Assembly: GCA_036172245.1 (NCBI GenBank)
Contig: JAYWIR010000033.1
Span: 1,054,001 to 1,118,000 of the forward strand
DNA length: 64,000 nt
Source of the DNA: Raillietiella orientalis
Taxonomy: Eukaryota
Direction of reading: 5' to 3'
Part shown: piece after piece, positions 40,900-52,819 of the stretch
Numbering within the stretch: position 1 is the first letter of the stretch
Layout of the letters: every line of letters starts with the position of its first letter
Program-made: the position numbers and the translations under genes
Notes under the pieces: generated by a model
What the model saw: the letters and a program-made list of their open reading frames with translations, nothing else
Told to the model about the DNA's origin: nothing
The model's database searches: none

Positions 40900-41480
40900 A
40901 GTTCCTTGTGACCACACTTCGTGGTGCTGACAAAAGTATCTTCTTGAGCTCGTCTCGTGAAGTTCCTCGGGGGACGGGTCATGCGACGTGATCAACTCGA
41001 AGCAGCCGTCTACAGGGAAGATGTGGGTGCCGTCGTTCAGCTGGGTCGTTGCTTGGTAACAAGTATTACTTAGTCCGCCCCCAGCGCGAACTCTGACTTG
41101 AGATCCCGCTAAAGTGATTTGGACGTTCATCGACCATCATTCTGATTTCTCTGTCCGTGTACTTCCAACGCCCTTTGGGAAGGGCTCCATACTGAAGATG
41201 GAGATGCACTGGTTATGAGTACCTGACATATGGAGTTCTGAGTATCGAACATCCAGAATCTTCCAGGAGGAGGATCCATGGTCCATCAGGGTCGTAGCTC
41301 CTTCGCAAGTGCTTCGATCCACTGATCACTGGAACATCTTGGATTAAGCTGATAAGGAACAAAGTTCACAAGGGAAATCCCTGTCACTTCGCGAATATTC
41401 GCGATCTTCAGCTTCTTTCAGGTTATTCGCTAAAACCCATCATCCTGCCCCGAAGTCATCACTTCGGTCTTCGTATTGGA
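40900..41480 (-). pseudogene. Possible highly decayed RT
   Basis: ISLVNF (RPISL.N-like, ~41380) and QLNDGTHIF (YADD..IF-like, ~41040), in the expected order. Confidence 0.3.
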
Positions 41481-41739
41481 TCAGGGAAATTTTCATCTGA
41501 TCCACCTCTTGAAGAGATGGACCCCTACCAGGTATTCTGTAACAGCTCAGCATGTCGCTTGGGAAACCTCACTCTCCATTTTCAAGCGGTTGCTCCTGGG
41601 CATTTCATTTCTGAGAATACAAGAATGAAAAATAAATAAACAGGCAGAGTGGATCAGTGAATCCACCGGCACATGAAAACTTCAGAAGAGGAACCAAAAA
41701 AAGTTAGCTGCCAGGAAGGACAGGGAGGGTCAAAGGAAG

Positions 41740-42900
41740 AAAAACATAGATAAACAAATAAAGAGGGGAAGGGACAGAGGTCATCGGTCACACCTGCCGC
41801 GTCTTCCGAAATTTGCTGGCATCTTCCTTAAGCCTGCAGTCCTTCAGAGGCCAATTTTGCCACGTTCCTCCTTGCTGCCGAGCTGGAGCGTGTGGTCCTC
41901 CTTCCTTGCTGGCGCGCCTCCTGCGTGTTCCGGGATGCCGCAGTCCTCCTCACGCAGCACAGGATGGGGAGGTCGGGGAAGCAGGCGGAAGCCCACCACG
42001 AGTGACCCAGCGCCGAGGAAGCGCTTCCGGCGTGTCCCCGGGTCGAAGGAGGGCAGCCGGGAGGCGGCTCCACGCGCTCGGAAGGCCACCGCAGGTCGGC
42101 AGCAGGTGCGTGGGAGTTCCCACCCGCCCGTGGACTGAACGGTTCGGGGAGACGCAAAGCTGGTTTCGAGGGACGCCCTCGTGCCGCCATCGGAGAGAGG
42201 AGGGAGCGCATAGCTCTCCAGACAGAGGGCAGCGGCGACAACCTCCAGGTATACCGACCAGCGCCGCGGCCCTGTAGCGCTGGCACCGGGTGAGGGACCG
42301 CGTCAGACAATCAGCCGGCGTCCACTGACGCATCAATTTCGTAACACGAGGTCACAGGTCGGCAGCTGCCGTTTCTTTTTCGTAGGAAAGATGGAGTAGT
42401 AACTGGCAGTGGTTCAGATTCCTGTGGTCCATTGCCACCAGGAAGACGGGCCTCAGTTCGCGGATGAGAAGCACGGGCGTGGCTTAGGACGCGTGATGGG
42501 GATTCAGATTCGCAGTGATCTGCCTCCTGCCGCCAAGCGTTGTGATATGCCGCTCCAGCAGGAGATCCATTGGTGTTCTTCCTCGAGGGCAGCCATCTGC
42601 CTCAGTGGGAGTTCGAGCGACTTGACGCGGCCTCGGTTGCGAGGTAGCAACGGCGTCATTCCCACTTGACAACAGGTCGTGCACCTCAGGATTTCGTGCG
42701 CAGGCAGGCGCCAAAGCTGCACCCGGTACTCGGCCATCACAGCCACCGTCCTGACCTGGAGCTGGAGCTACATCTTCTTTGAGATGGGGATTCCGAGTTC
42801 TGCATCTCTTCGTGGATGCAGGACTCGGCATGTCTGCCTCTGTTCTTCTAGCAGCTATCTGTGCATATTCCTTCTCCTTCCCTTCTTGAACATCCTGAAT
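41740..42900 (-). mobile_element. L1/Tx1-like ORF2 3' fragments and start of 3' UTR
   Basis: VLHPRRDAELGIP (~42825-42785). TGACCTCTGTCCCTTCCCCTCTTTATTT (41783-41756) matches 28318-28342. Confidence 0.55.
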
Positions 42901-43594
42901 GTTGTTGCCTTGCTCTCTAACGGATTAAGAATTTCTAGGATAATAGTAGGAATACTATCATCCTAGAAATTTCTAGCATGATACCGGAGAACAATGTGGG
43001 GCATTAACCAAGAGTGCAGTCTTGTTGTCCGATTACCATCATCAAGCTTATCTATTGATGAGGTGGTATGTCATTTGGAAACGCCACTGTTTTCTCACTT
43101 TAATGGACTTTCAGGTGCTGGAAGATTCTCAAGAGAGCATTCAGAGGTCATTATTTTCAGATGTAGCAGATTGCAGAAGTCGAAACACGAAGAGGACAGG
43201 TACATCTTGAGAGGAAATGGAGGAAGATGGTCCCTGGAGTCCGTGAACGAACGCCATAGCTGACATAGCACGTGAACTTCAATCTGCTGAGGAGCACGAG
43301 GCGAGAGTTGGTCAAGGTGACCAAGCGCGTGTGGTTGAGAGATGCTTTCACTCCCGTGACGTGATTCTGTTGAGACATCCAGTCTTTTTCTCACTCCTTT
43401 CCAGGGTCTCCTTGCAACATTATTAAAGGTTATTCTCTATATTGGATTTAGGATTACGTTGGAAAAACAGTGCAAAGGAGGAATTTTCCACGCATCCGCA
43501 CTCAATGTGTCCAGCATCGTCACTGGCAGACCACGGTTGTTCCTCAACGGGCAGAGCTGGGGAGCTTCTTGCTGGATGAAAGACCAGCAAGAAT

Positions 43595-43785
43595 GCACCA
43601 CGAGGATTCGAACTCACAGCCACGCGTTCTGCTTCGCGAACTTTCGACTGGGGCTGAGCTGTCCTGCGCGAGGCTGGAGTATTCTCGAGGAGAGACAGTT
43701 TTGCCGCCTCCAGGATTTGAACCAGTGAGGTTTCGCTGCTGCACTGAAACCTGCTAGCTCGACTGCTGGTCTCGAGCGAGGCTGA
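43595..43785 (-). other. Two tandem degenerate tRNA-like / Pol III B-box-containing units (tRNA pseudogenes or SINE heads?)
   Basis: Minus-strand GGTTCAAATCC (43723-43713) and GAGTTCGAATCC (43615-43604). Each unit begins CAGCCTCGC, and an AGCTCAG A-box-like word precedes the second. No clean cloverleaf. Confidence 0.3.
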
Positions 43786-43789
43786 AAGG

Positions 43790-44212
43790 TCGGTGACCCA
43801 TCCGACGCCTCCAGGGCACGTCCCAAGAATGCTGCACGTTCGAGAACATCGTTTTTATTCCAAAGGTGTGCTCCTTGGAGACTTTCAGTTCCACCGATAC
43901 CAACGCATCAGAGGTCCAACTGCTCCTGCCCTTACAAAAGCAGGTGGTCCTTCGGAGAGGAAGCGGAGATCCACTCTTCCCTGTGGTTGCTTTTATTTTG
44001 TCTTGCTCCGCTGGTGGAAGATTCATAGGGGCGAGCGACGTCCACCGCCGCCTTCCCATCGTCCCTGAGCTCCAGGACTGGCTCGAGCCTCGAGTCTGTT
44101 TTTCCGAACATTCTGGCTGGCGACTACCGGCTCCCGCTGCTTGACGGCAGCCCTCCCGACCTCGGTCGTCATTTCGCCATGGTCCTCCGTGATCCATCGT
44201 CTGGTTGCTGAT
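43790..44212 (-). mobile_element. RLE endonuclease fragment, inverted copy of 1548-1970
   Basis: Direct sequence match, roughly 90% or better by eye. The ORF track shows near-identical peptides at 1563..1976(+) and within 43754..44554(-). Confidence 0.75.
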
Positions 44213-44899
44213 GCATGTGTTCAGAGCATGCGCCTTCCTCACCTTCTTTCTGCACAAGCGATCGGTGCTGTCGCTAGTGGGAGAGATCCGCGTAGGCAGA
44301 AGGCTCGGTGGCGCCACCGTGCTGCTCACTCTCCCAGGAAAGTGCGACCCCATCTCGGGTTCCTGTCCCTTCCCTAGTGAGACTTTTCCTCCTGTTTTTC
44401 TCCTTTTTGTGTGTTTCCTTTTTTTTTTTTTCTCCGGTGTTCCCCTCCCTATCGCTGTGGAAACGGATCTCTTCGGTCTACGTACCGGTCGTGACAACTT
44501 CTGAGCACGTGGCGCAAACACGTATTTCACCACACTTGAACATTTGTATTTCACTTTTATTTTGTTTAATCATCAATGCCCACCGGCAAAACTAGCTGGA
44601 AAACATGAGCGTCAGTCTAGTACCCGGATGCGATCTTGCCTGCTTCCCCAGACGTCCAGATTATGAGAATTCTTCCGGTCGCTGATCTTTCCATCGTCCG
44701 AAAGTTTCTGACGTCCCCGCCGGGTTCGCTCCTGTTTTCGACGATCACTCTCCTTTCGGGATCGCGCTCGATCCCACTTTTGTTTCCACCACCGAACGCA
44801 GCTCCCGATCTGCACGATCCATCGGGATGAATCTTGCACCGCTGCATCCGGAGGAGACCCGGGTGATGGATGCTGTTGCACAGCAACATTAATCTCGCC

Positions 44900-45620
44900 A
44901 AGCTGGTTCTCATGAATTCCCGGCTCCTGCGCAACATGGCAGCTCTTTTTCTTGGTTCGCTGAGTGCTGAAGAACCGTTCGACTCCCTTGGGTGCTTTGA
45001 CTCTGTCCACTTCACTCGGGGATGCGTGTTAGCTCTTCGAGTTAGGGGGTACCCCGGGAGGGGATTACCCTATGAATTCAGGAAGGACTCTGGAGTTAGG
45101 AATCCGTTCCTCTGAGTTTGGCAGGGAGGCTCGAAGAGAACTCTTGCTCTGGTTGTCTCCGAAGGGATCCAACCTCTTTTTTATTCTCCCTGAAGGGATT
45201 CCCGGAGGAGACCACTCTTTCGGGGTGTCCCTCATTTCTTCTCCGGAGGCAACCAGAAGAAAACCGCTCCTCGTTAGTCCACTGAAGAGAACTCGAAAGG
45301 GATGCTTCCAGATTTCTCTGAAGGGCTCTCCCCGAAGGGAGCAGCGCACTTCTTGATGCTCTGGAGAGGCATCAACCAGCTCCATGGTACAAGCTATACC
45401 ATGGAGCTGCCTTCACAACCGGAAGGGGACCTTCCGGAGGGAAGCAATTCCTTGATTTCTGGAAGGACCCGGAGGGTCAACTTCCAACTTCGGTCAGTCA
45501 GCGGGGTCATCCGGTTTCGTTTCCACCAATGACGTACCCCGTGGCCAACCAGCGTCATCGTGCAGGGGGGAGGGGAACTCGAAACCCACGACGCGCCGCT
45601 CATTTCTCGGCCGCCGATCC
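44900..45620 (+). repeat. Dispersed RT-like subfamily, copy C
   Basis: LKNRSTPL, YPMNSGR, LLLWLSPKGSN, LKRTRKGCF, INQLHG and FLG are spaced like RT motifs. Homologous to copies A, B and D. Confidence 0.7.
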
Positions 45621-45899
45621 TCCACTCCGGGACTCGAATCCGCAACCCCTGCTACCACGCGAGCGGAGAACGCAGCCAGACGGCCGCCAACGTGGACAGA
45701 ATGCAGTTCTCGGGACATCGGGACTCCGGTGAGGTGACATCTCAATGGCGAGAAGCAGCGCTTGGGTTCCCGTGAGCGAGAGCTCGCGGTTTTGACTTCG
45801 CTTTGTCCATCTGTTCCTTCTTTCTTCCCCCTCATTCAATCCTGCCAGAGTGCTTTTCCAGTAGCCGAGTCCGGTAATGCGCAGTTTTCGTTCACCGCG

Positions 45900-46660
45900 A
45901 CGAAGTGGGGGTACAATGTCTCCTGAGGAAAGTCCTGCTGATGCTGGGTGGACCAGACACGCTGACTCTCGGGACGGTGGGACTGCGAGTGCAGTGCAGA
46001 ACTCCGTCCCTCTGTGCCAGGTTGCGTAGGGGCATCCCGCCATGTGCACCCGCACGCCTCATCCTGGAGCTACCCTTGTAGGGACGGGAAATCACCCGCC
46101 TAACATCCGCCTTCGTGGGGGCTGCAGCGAGGTGTCCTCATTTGGGAGACGAGACTGCGGTGCCTTCCAGGAACTGAGGCAACAGTCGGCTTCGGAGCTG
46201 TTGCGTCTGGAAGACACACGGCAACACTTCCTCGCACGCGACGGGCCTTTCGCGTCCCGTGGTTATCGCAGCGCTGGACCACCATCTTGATGGTCCGCGT
46301 CGCCCCAGAGCTACGCTCGCAGCAATGGAAAGCCACCCGCCCTGGCAGCCGCCTTCGTGAGGACCGGAGCGAGACGGATCCACTCGCCCCAAGAAGCCGC
46401 TAGCGAGCTTGGCCCACGTCTCGGGAACACTGTATGGTCAGAGGAACGGTCCCTACTGAAGACTCCTGCCACCTCCTCGCCCATCTCTTTTGATTTATTG
46501 CCCTCTCCCTTCCGCTCCGGACTCCCTGCTTGTCCGACCTGCGTGTCGGTGAACCTTCCCTGCGGACGTTCGCTTGCTTCCCTGAGGAACTCCCTTCTTC
46601 TGAAGTGCTTGCCGACTCACTTTTTAGGAAACAAGTGCCTGGCCGTGACCGGGTGTGGGA
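45900..46660 (+). mobile_element. L1/Tx1-like 3' end with 3' UTR
   Basis: The 3' UTR blocks ccggactc..gtccgacctgcgtgtcggtgaacc and ggccgtgaccgggtg match 28478-28517 and 28593-28606. Confidence 0.65.
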
Positions 46661-47753
46661 AGGACCAGGTCAGGTCGCAACAACGACTTCACACCAGATT
46701 GAGCGTCAGGATCGCCCAACGTCCACGTCTTGACGGCAGATGCGAATGCGCCAATCTGACGGCCCCAGTGGCAGATGTGAAGCATCCCAGAGCTGCGACG
46801 ATGATTTTCTTCCCATTGGAATGGCGATCACGGGAGCCCCCGCATCCAGCAAGCATGCGGAGCTGTGGATCCTTTTGGAAAACCTACCGAAGGAAGAAAC
46901 TCTACTTTGGATGTTGGCTTTTGCAGCTTTCCAAATCCGAAGGTCGTTCTCCCACTGCTTGGGCTTAACGCTCAATATGCAGCTGTTACGTGATTCCTGC
47001 CCGCGCGTCACGCGCGGTTTCCAAAGGATGAATCCCTCAAATTTCCGAAAATTCCTGGAAACCTGTAAGGTTATAAGGGCGCCCGGTTTGCTGCTCATCC
47101 GATGGAAACATCCAGCACGTTCGCATCCTGGATTGCTCTCGGAAACTGGAAACGGAATCTTCCAAACCTTCCAGACTGTGGGCTCTGACACCGCGGAGAT
47201 TCTTCTGCCGTCAGAAGCGCAGTCACAGCCTCTGGGAGGCAAAGTGCACCAACAGTTTTATGTTTGAAAAATTATGCGGTTGCAGCTGGTTGCGTAGTTG
47301 GATTTTAAGTGAAAGATTACAACCCATCATCTTTCCCCACATCCCACCAAAGATTCTCATCTTTGATTCTCAAGTAGAACATGACTAAAAGACAAAAAAA
47401 AATTTTTTTTTTTTTCCCATGTCCTAGAGCAATTTAAACTCATCTTCGCGAATACACCCGGTTAAGTTTCACTTTCTGATGATTTATGAGCTTGGATTTC
47501 CACCCACGATTACGTCTGTGCCACGGAGAGGAATCTTTAGGAAATTCAAAAATTGCCATTTCGGGTTTCAGGAAATTCGGAGCCAAAGTGGAAGAAGGTG
47601 AGTGCCAGAAGGCCTCCATCGCTGCGTGTTGGTTTTGTGCTGAGGTCGGCGGCGGCTCGCCGAGATCGTCGCAACTTCCTCGGGAAAAGTCCGCCCGGCT
47701 TTACTCACCACATGGCAGCAGCCACTGTAGCCAGGACGTGCCCTCCCCCCACC

Positions 47754-47779
47754 CTCTCTCTCTCTCTCTCTCTCTCTCT
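47754..47779. repeat. (CT)n microsatellite
   Basis: Directly visible. Confidence 0.9.
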
Positions 47780-48912
47780 TCCCGCTTGAACCGAAACGTG
47801 CTTCTTGCACGAACGGAAATCACGGGCCTTGCAAGCGCTGCCCCGGAGGCAATCTTTCCATGCGGCCCTCGTAAATCAAACATCAATCACATCCATGTTT
47901 GATTTATCACATCATCTGCGATCGCAAGCTCTATTTCTCGGTTCGGAAACGCTGCACCGTGTGGCTGTCCGACGTTTCGTCATTGATAAACCGGAGTGGA
48001 CGTCTTCTATCTTCCATTCGTTACGTGAAAGATTGGTCCTCCGCTATTACGTTCCCTTCTCAAATCAAGACCTTCTCTCTCTGAAAGGAAGTACGAATTT
48101 ATGGCTCCGCGAAGCAGCTTCCTGAGTCGAAGAGATGGATTTCCTACCATTACGGAAAGAACGGACTTTGCCAGCGTGGAAGCTGTCGCTTTCCTGCGGA
48201 GAAGCCATGATCTTCACACACCGTTAAAATTATCTTTTTTTCTTAAAAATCCTATAAAAAGAGATTGCGAGGAAAAGAAAAGGGAAGAAAAAAAGATTCG
48301 GAAGGTTCGAGAAAAAGATACACAGTCAAAAGGTATCTGCCAAGCAAAGTGCGCTGAAAAAAAATCCTCGCCCCCAAAGAACGAAGGTCGGTAGCTTTTG
48401 CGTAAAGCGTGCACGCGGAAAGCTTTGCGTTTCCAAGTGTCACACTTTACTCACCTCCGCGTGTCGTCGCGCCGCAACGTCCTTTGAAGGTGTGGAGAGA
48501 GAGCCTTTGGTTCTTCCCACCTTCTTGCCTGTCCGCGCACGGGAACCAGGAACGACAAGGAATACGCCAGCAGCGGCAACCCATCCCGTGAGTCAGAACT
48601 TTCTCTTTCGGATGGGAAAATCGACTTCGGGAGGCGACGCAGGAGGAAGTGGGGGAGGACACCCGGAACTCAGTACGGACAAACTCCGGAACGGACCTGG
48701 GATCCCGGGAGGCACGCAGGAGGGGATTTCTCTCCGTGTCTCTCCCCTTTGTCTGGTTGCAGAGGTGTGGATCCCCATCGCGAAATGATGCCGCCCATTC
48801 TCAAGGCGGCTCCTGTTATTTACGTGCTTACGTTCAGGTGCTGGTCAACAAGAAGAAGGTCTCGGAAGAAGTCCTTTCGGCGTTTCCAGGTGCCTCAGGT
48901 TTCCAGGTTTCC

Positions 48913-49698
48913 AGCCCTCTCCCTACGTATCAGGCCGGCCTCATCCTATTCCACTTCGTGCACTTGCGAAACGGAGCAAGCATTTTGATTCTGGGTTCAT
49001 TGGAAACTGCCGTCAAGACGGATTATGCAACATGAGCACCGAATGAACCGAGGATGAAACTCACGTCCCCTCTTGGGGGCTCTCCAGGCAGAACGCTTGG
49101 AACAGGGGAGCTCACCTGCTTTCAGAGGAAGTTGGTGCTTGGGATGGTTTTCCCGGTAATCAAATCGCTCAGGGAGTTTTTTTTTCCGCGCCAGTCAAAC
49201 TTTTATTGAGAATTGAGTTACCTGGCGTGAATGATTTTCCTCTGCGGCGACGTGTGCCCGACAGAATGCATTCGTCATTTAGAGTTTTCAAAATTGCCAT
49301 CGATTTAGGGACGCGTGTCTGACCGCAAGGCTTCGGAAATGTGCTCACGCGACTTCCCCACGGCACCGAACCCAGCAAAGGCCAACAGGTGGAAACGGCA
49401 TCACTACTGTCTCCCAGCACGGGGGGAGACAGAGAGAGGGAAAAAACGCATCTTCCTGGAAAAGGCATCCGAACTTTGCTTCCACAACTTCTACGACAGT
49501 TTGAAAACGAATCTCCAAACATCACCTCCGCATCACAGAGCAAAAGTGTCGTATTAGGGCTCCGACGCGATAGCACAGTCGATCGAATGATTGATTCATT
49601 GAGTGCTCACGCTGCATAATGCAGAATCAAAATGCTCCGTTTCGCAAATGCACGAGGTGGAATAGGATGAGGCCGGCCTGATACGTAGGGAGAGGGCT
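48913..49698. repeat. ~80-bp inverted repeat pair (48913-48993 and 49622-49698), spacer ~630 bp
   Basis: agccctctccctacgtatcaggccggcctcatcctattccac.. is reverse-complemented at 49622-49698, with 2 substitutions and one 4-bp indel. Confidence 0.9.
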
Positions 49699-50199
49699 TG
49701 GGGTTTCAAGTCGCTCGCCCCGTGCGTTTGGACTCCATCGCGGGCCGGTCACGCCGGCGCCACGCCGCCAAGCCGGACCTCAGACGATACGGAATTTCTC
49801 ATTCAATCATCCCGTATCCTTGAATTGGGACTTGTCAAAAATCAAGGAAAGGACAGAGAGGCTGGCTGGAGAGTTTGCCCTGTCTTCATGATGTACTCGG
49901 TGGGGTGGCTCGCATCGTCCGGTAGGCTTCCGTAGTCTATGCGTCCAGTAGATGCCCTTGCTGGACCCTATGCAGCAAGGTACAGCCCGTTTTCCTTAGT
50001 CTTTTTGGCGTCGTTTTTTCGTAGATTCCCAATACTCGTAGCAAAGCGTCATTCTGAGGATCTCAGGATCCTAATGCCCCCACGATGAGGACCTGCTTGA
50101 TGTCTGCCCGGGCGGTCTGGTTTGTGGATCAGATTTTCGCATTTTTCTTCTTTCCCTGCGGAAGCAAGCACCCCCCCCCCCCTTCGCGGGAAAATGGCA

Positions 50200-50565
50200 T
50201 TTAAGTCTTGGAGGGACGCTGGTCGGCCAACTCCGGCAAACGCTTACTCGCAGCTCAGCTCTGCCAAGGTGAGACGCAAAGGTGCACTCCCTGCACGCAG
50301 TGGACACGGAACGCATCAGCGAGTTTGGATCTCTGCACGCGACGGGTGGCCGAAAGTTTCGCCAAAGAGGAACGGGATGACGGGGGAATGGTGTCGGATA
50401 AAATACGGTCTAGCCCCAAGGTTGTGGTCTCATGTGCGGAGCACTTGGAGGAATTACAAGAGCAGTTTGGAAGCGGCAGAGAGTCCGACCTCGGGAAACT
50501 TTTCCGCACGCTCTCCGCGGAAGGGTTCTGAAACAAAGTTGAAAGTTCCACAAGGGTTCAAATGA
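50200..50565 (+). pseudogene. LINE pre-RT linker fragment
   Basis: KVSPKRNGMTGEWCR..LAPRL resembles KSPGPDG.T.EFY...L.P.L. Confidence 0.4.
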
Positions 50566-51699
50566 AGCTGTGCCTTATCAGTTTGTTCAGGGAGCAAACT
50601 TTCTCCCTCCTCCTCCCCTCCCCAGCCTCGAAAAAAAAAAAAAGAAATACGAGTCAGCTGAAAACGAAAAAAAGGAGGTAGCTGGAAAATTGCTGAACAA
50701 AGAAGAAAAGTGGCCTTCCCCTAGGATGGTATGGAGGGTATGGATTTGCGTTTTTTTCCATGGAGAAGAGAGCGGCGAAGTAGGGCTCCCAATGTGTCCA
50801 CGCAGTCCTTTCCCCTCTGGACGTACGAACACGCTCTTATGGAAGGAAGAATGTCATATACGCGTGGAACACACACGATAAGATGGACAGCGGGAATAGC
50901 TTGGCCATCAAGAAAAGCAAAAGTTCACGGAAATAATTAGAGAAGGCTAATCATTACAAACTTCTATAAGCTGTCCTTTCTATTCTATGGAATCGAGGCC
51001 GTGTTTGCTCATCATCAGTTCCTCTGAATCGGGCGGTCAGAGATCGGAAAGCGCCTCCGGCAGCAACCCCAGAGCTGAAATCAGGATAGACCCGCTCTTC
51101 TCATTCGGATTAGATCCGCATGACGCCTGCAGCTCAGCAAGTAGGGAGCACCGAACCGAGCACGGAAGCTGGACGTTGAAACGTTTGCATCTTCGATGTT
51201 ACTTTTTTTTTTCCTCTTTGGTTACCGTCCCGGTTTGCGAGATCATCGGATCTTACGGCCACCACCGTACAGTCCCGTATCTGTTGCCGTACATCAGTTG
51301 GTTCTGCCAAGCAGCTGCCGACCCACGAGGCGGAAAGAACGGATCCCACATCCCGTCTCGGAAAGTGCACTCTTCCCAGTTCAGCCTGGGAAGGGTCTGT
51401 CGAAATGCCCCTGGATTTGCCATCATCTCCTACTCCTTTCTTCCGCGCCTCAGCAGCTGCCTGCGTCGTTTCTGGTCAGGAAGGAGAGAGATACCCTCGA
51501 ACCATATCGGTGCGTTGCTGGGCCATCAGGATCTCCGAATGCGAATGCATGATGACGGGGGGATCATCTTGGCATTACCTGAGACGTTACTCTTTTCGGT
51601 CGATCCCATCTGGCGCCACTCAGGAGTGGACCTTGGAATTCAGTCTTACAGAAAGTCGCTCTTCCGACCGCTGCTTGGGACAGCATGCGTCGATAGGTG

Positions 51700-52273
51700 A
51701 CTCTCGCGCGAGCTTACGCGTCCCGCGACGCCCGCGTGGCCGGCGCCAAGGATCTCTCGCTGGCGGTATGGAGCCCCAGTGCCCGCCATTCTCCGGGGTA
51801 GCAGCACTTCTTGCTTCTCCTGTAATGGCAGCACGTGGCGGTGCTCTTCTCGCACCGGGCAGCTCCCGCGCCTCCCGTCGGCCCCCTACGCGACGTGGCA
51901 GCTTCCGAGGTGGTGGCTCTTGCGACCTCCAGGACGCTGGCGGGAGTTCCGGCGCCTCACCCGGGCAGTGGCGGCAGAACCTCGCTCTTCCCTCGATGTG
52001 AGGGTGGGGAGGGGGGTGGCTCCCCCAAGTCGACAGTGGGGGTGGGGTGGGGGGTCGCGCGTCGCAGGCAGTGCGGCTCCGGAGAGTGTGCTGCTGGTAG
52101 ACCCGGCGCAAGGGCAGGTTCCTCTTTTTTCCTGGTGTCATTCATCGACCTGCGAGACGGCGTGACTGCATTTTTTACATTTCCTGCATGTTTGTTTTTA
52201 TATTCATATAAAAGGGTCGGAGTGACCCTTTTATAGCGGATATACCGGCCGTGAATTAAATAAATAAATAAAT
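51700..52273 (+). mobile_element. L1/Tx1-like 3' end with 3' UTR, hairpin and (TAAA)n tail
   Basis: CFSC (~51812); cgacctgcg UTR motif (52146); 12-bp stem at 52207-52235; taaataaataaataaat at 52257-52273. Confidence 0.5.
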
Positions 52274-52819
52274 GAAATTTGCGCGCTTGGAGGAGAACCA
52301 GCACGCGGGCCCGAAACCAGAAGACTCACCCACGCTGGGGGGCGATCCGGGGAGGAAGGAGAGCCAGCAAATAGGTGAACAGATAGGGAGTGAGGTAGTG
52401 GCCCCGTCTTACGGCGCTCTGTCCGATTCCCCAGGTGAGGGATGGACGCGCCCGTCGGTTCGCTGCTGGCGCGACCACCACCATCCCTGCGCCCCACATC
52501 CCCGATTGGGCCGTTTCCTCGCCCTCCCTCATGCGGGAGATGGCAATCTCCAACGGATCCCCGGGACGACGACGTCCGCTTTCTACTTCCTCCGTTTCGG
52601 GGATCGCCGCTGCTCGCATCCGGAAGAGGGGTGGGAGGTAGGGAGAGGAGGGATCATCAGCAAGAAGAAGGCGGCTGATGAGCCTGGAGAAGCAAACATT
52701 CCTGTAAAATTTTCGGCTGGATCCGACTGAATAAAAAACGAAAGCTCCAGTGATGCGCACCGTAAAGAATCGACGCCAGAGAAATGGGCGCGTGGTGAGT
52801 TTCGAGTCCTCCCCGCGGG

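Noticed and set aside
49217..49226. TTACCTGGC as a U1 snRNA 5' end
   Set aside because: The downstream sequence lacks U1 stems and an Sm site.
50574..50584. CTTATCAGTTT as a U2 snRNA remnant (Utopia target)
   Set aside because: Only 11 nt, the flanks do not resemble U2, and it is not adjacent to an RLE copy.
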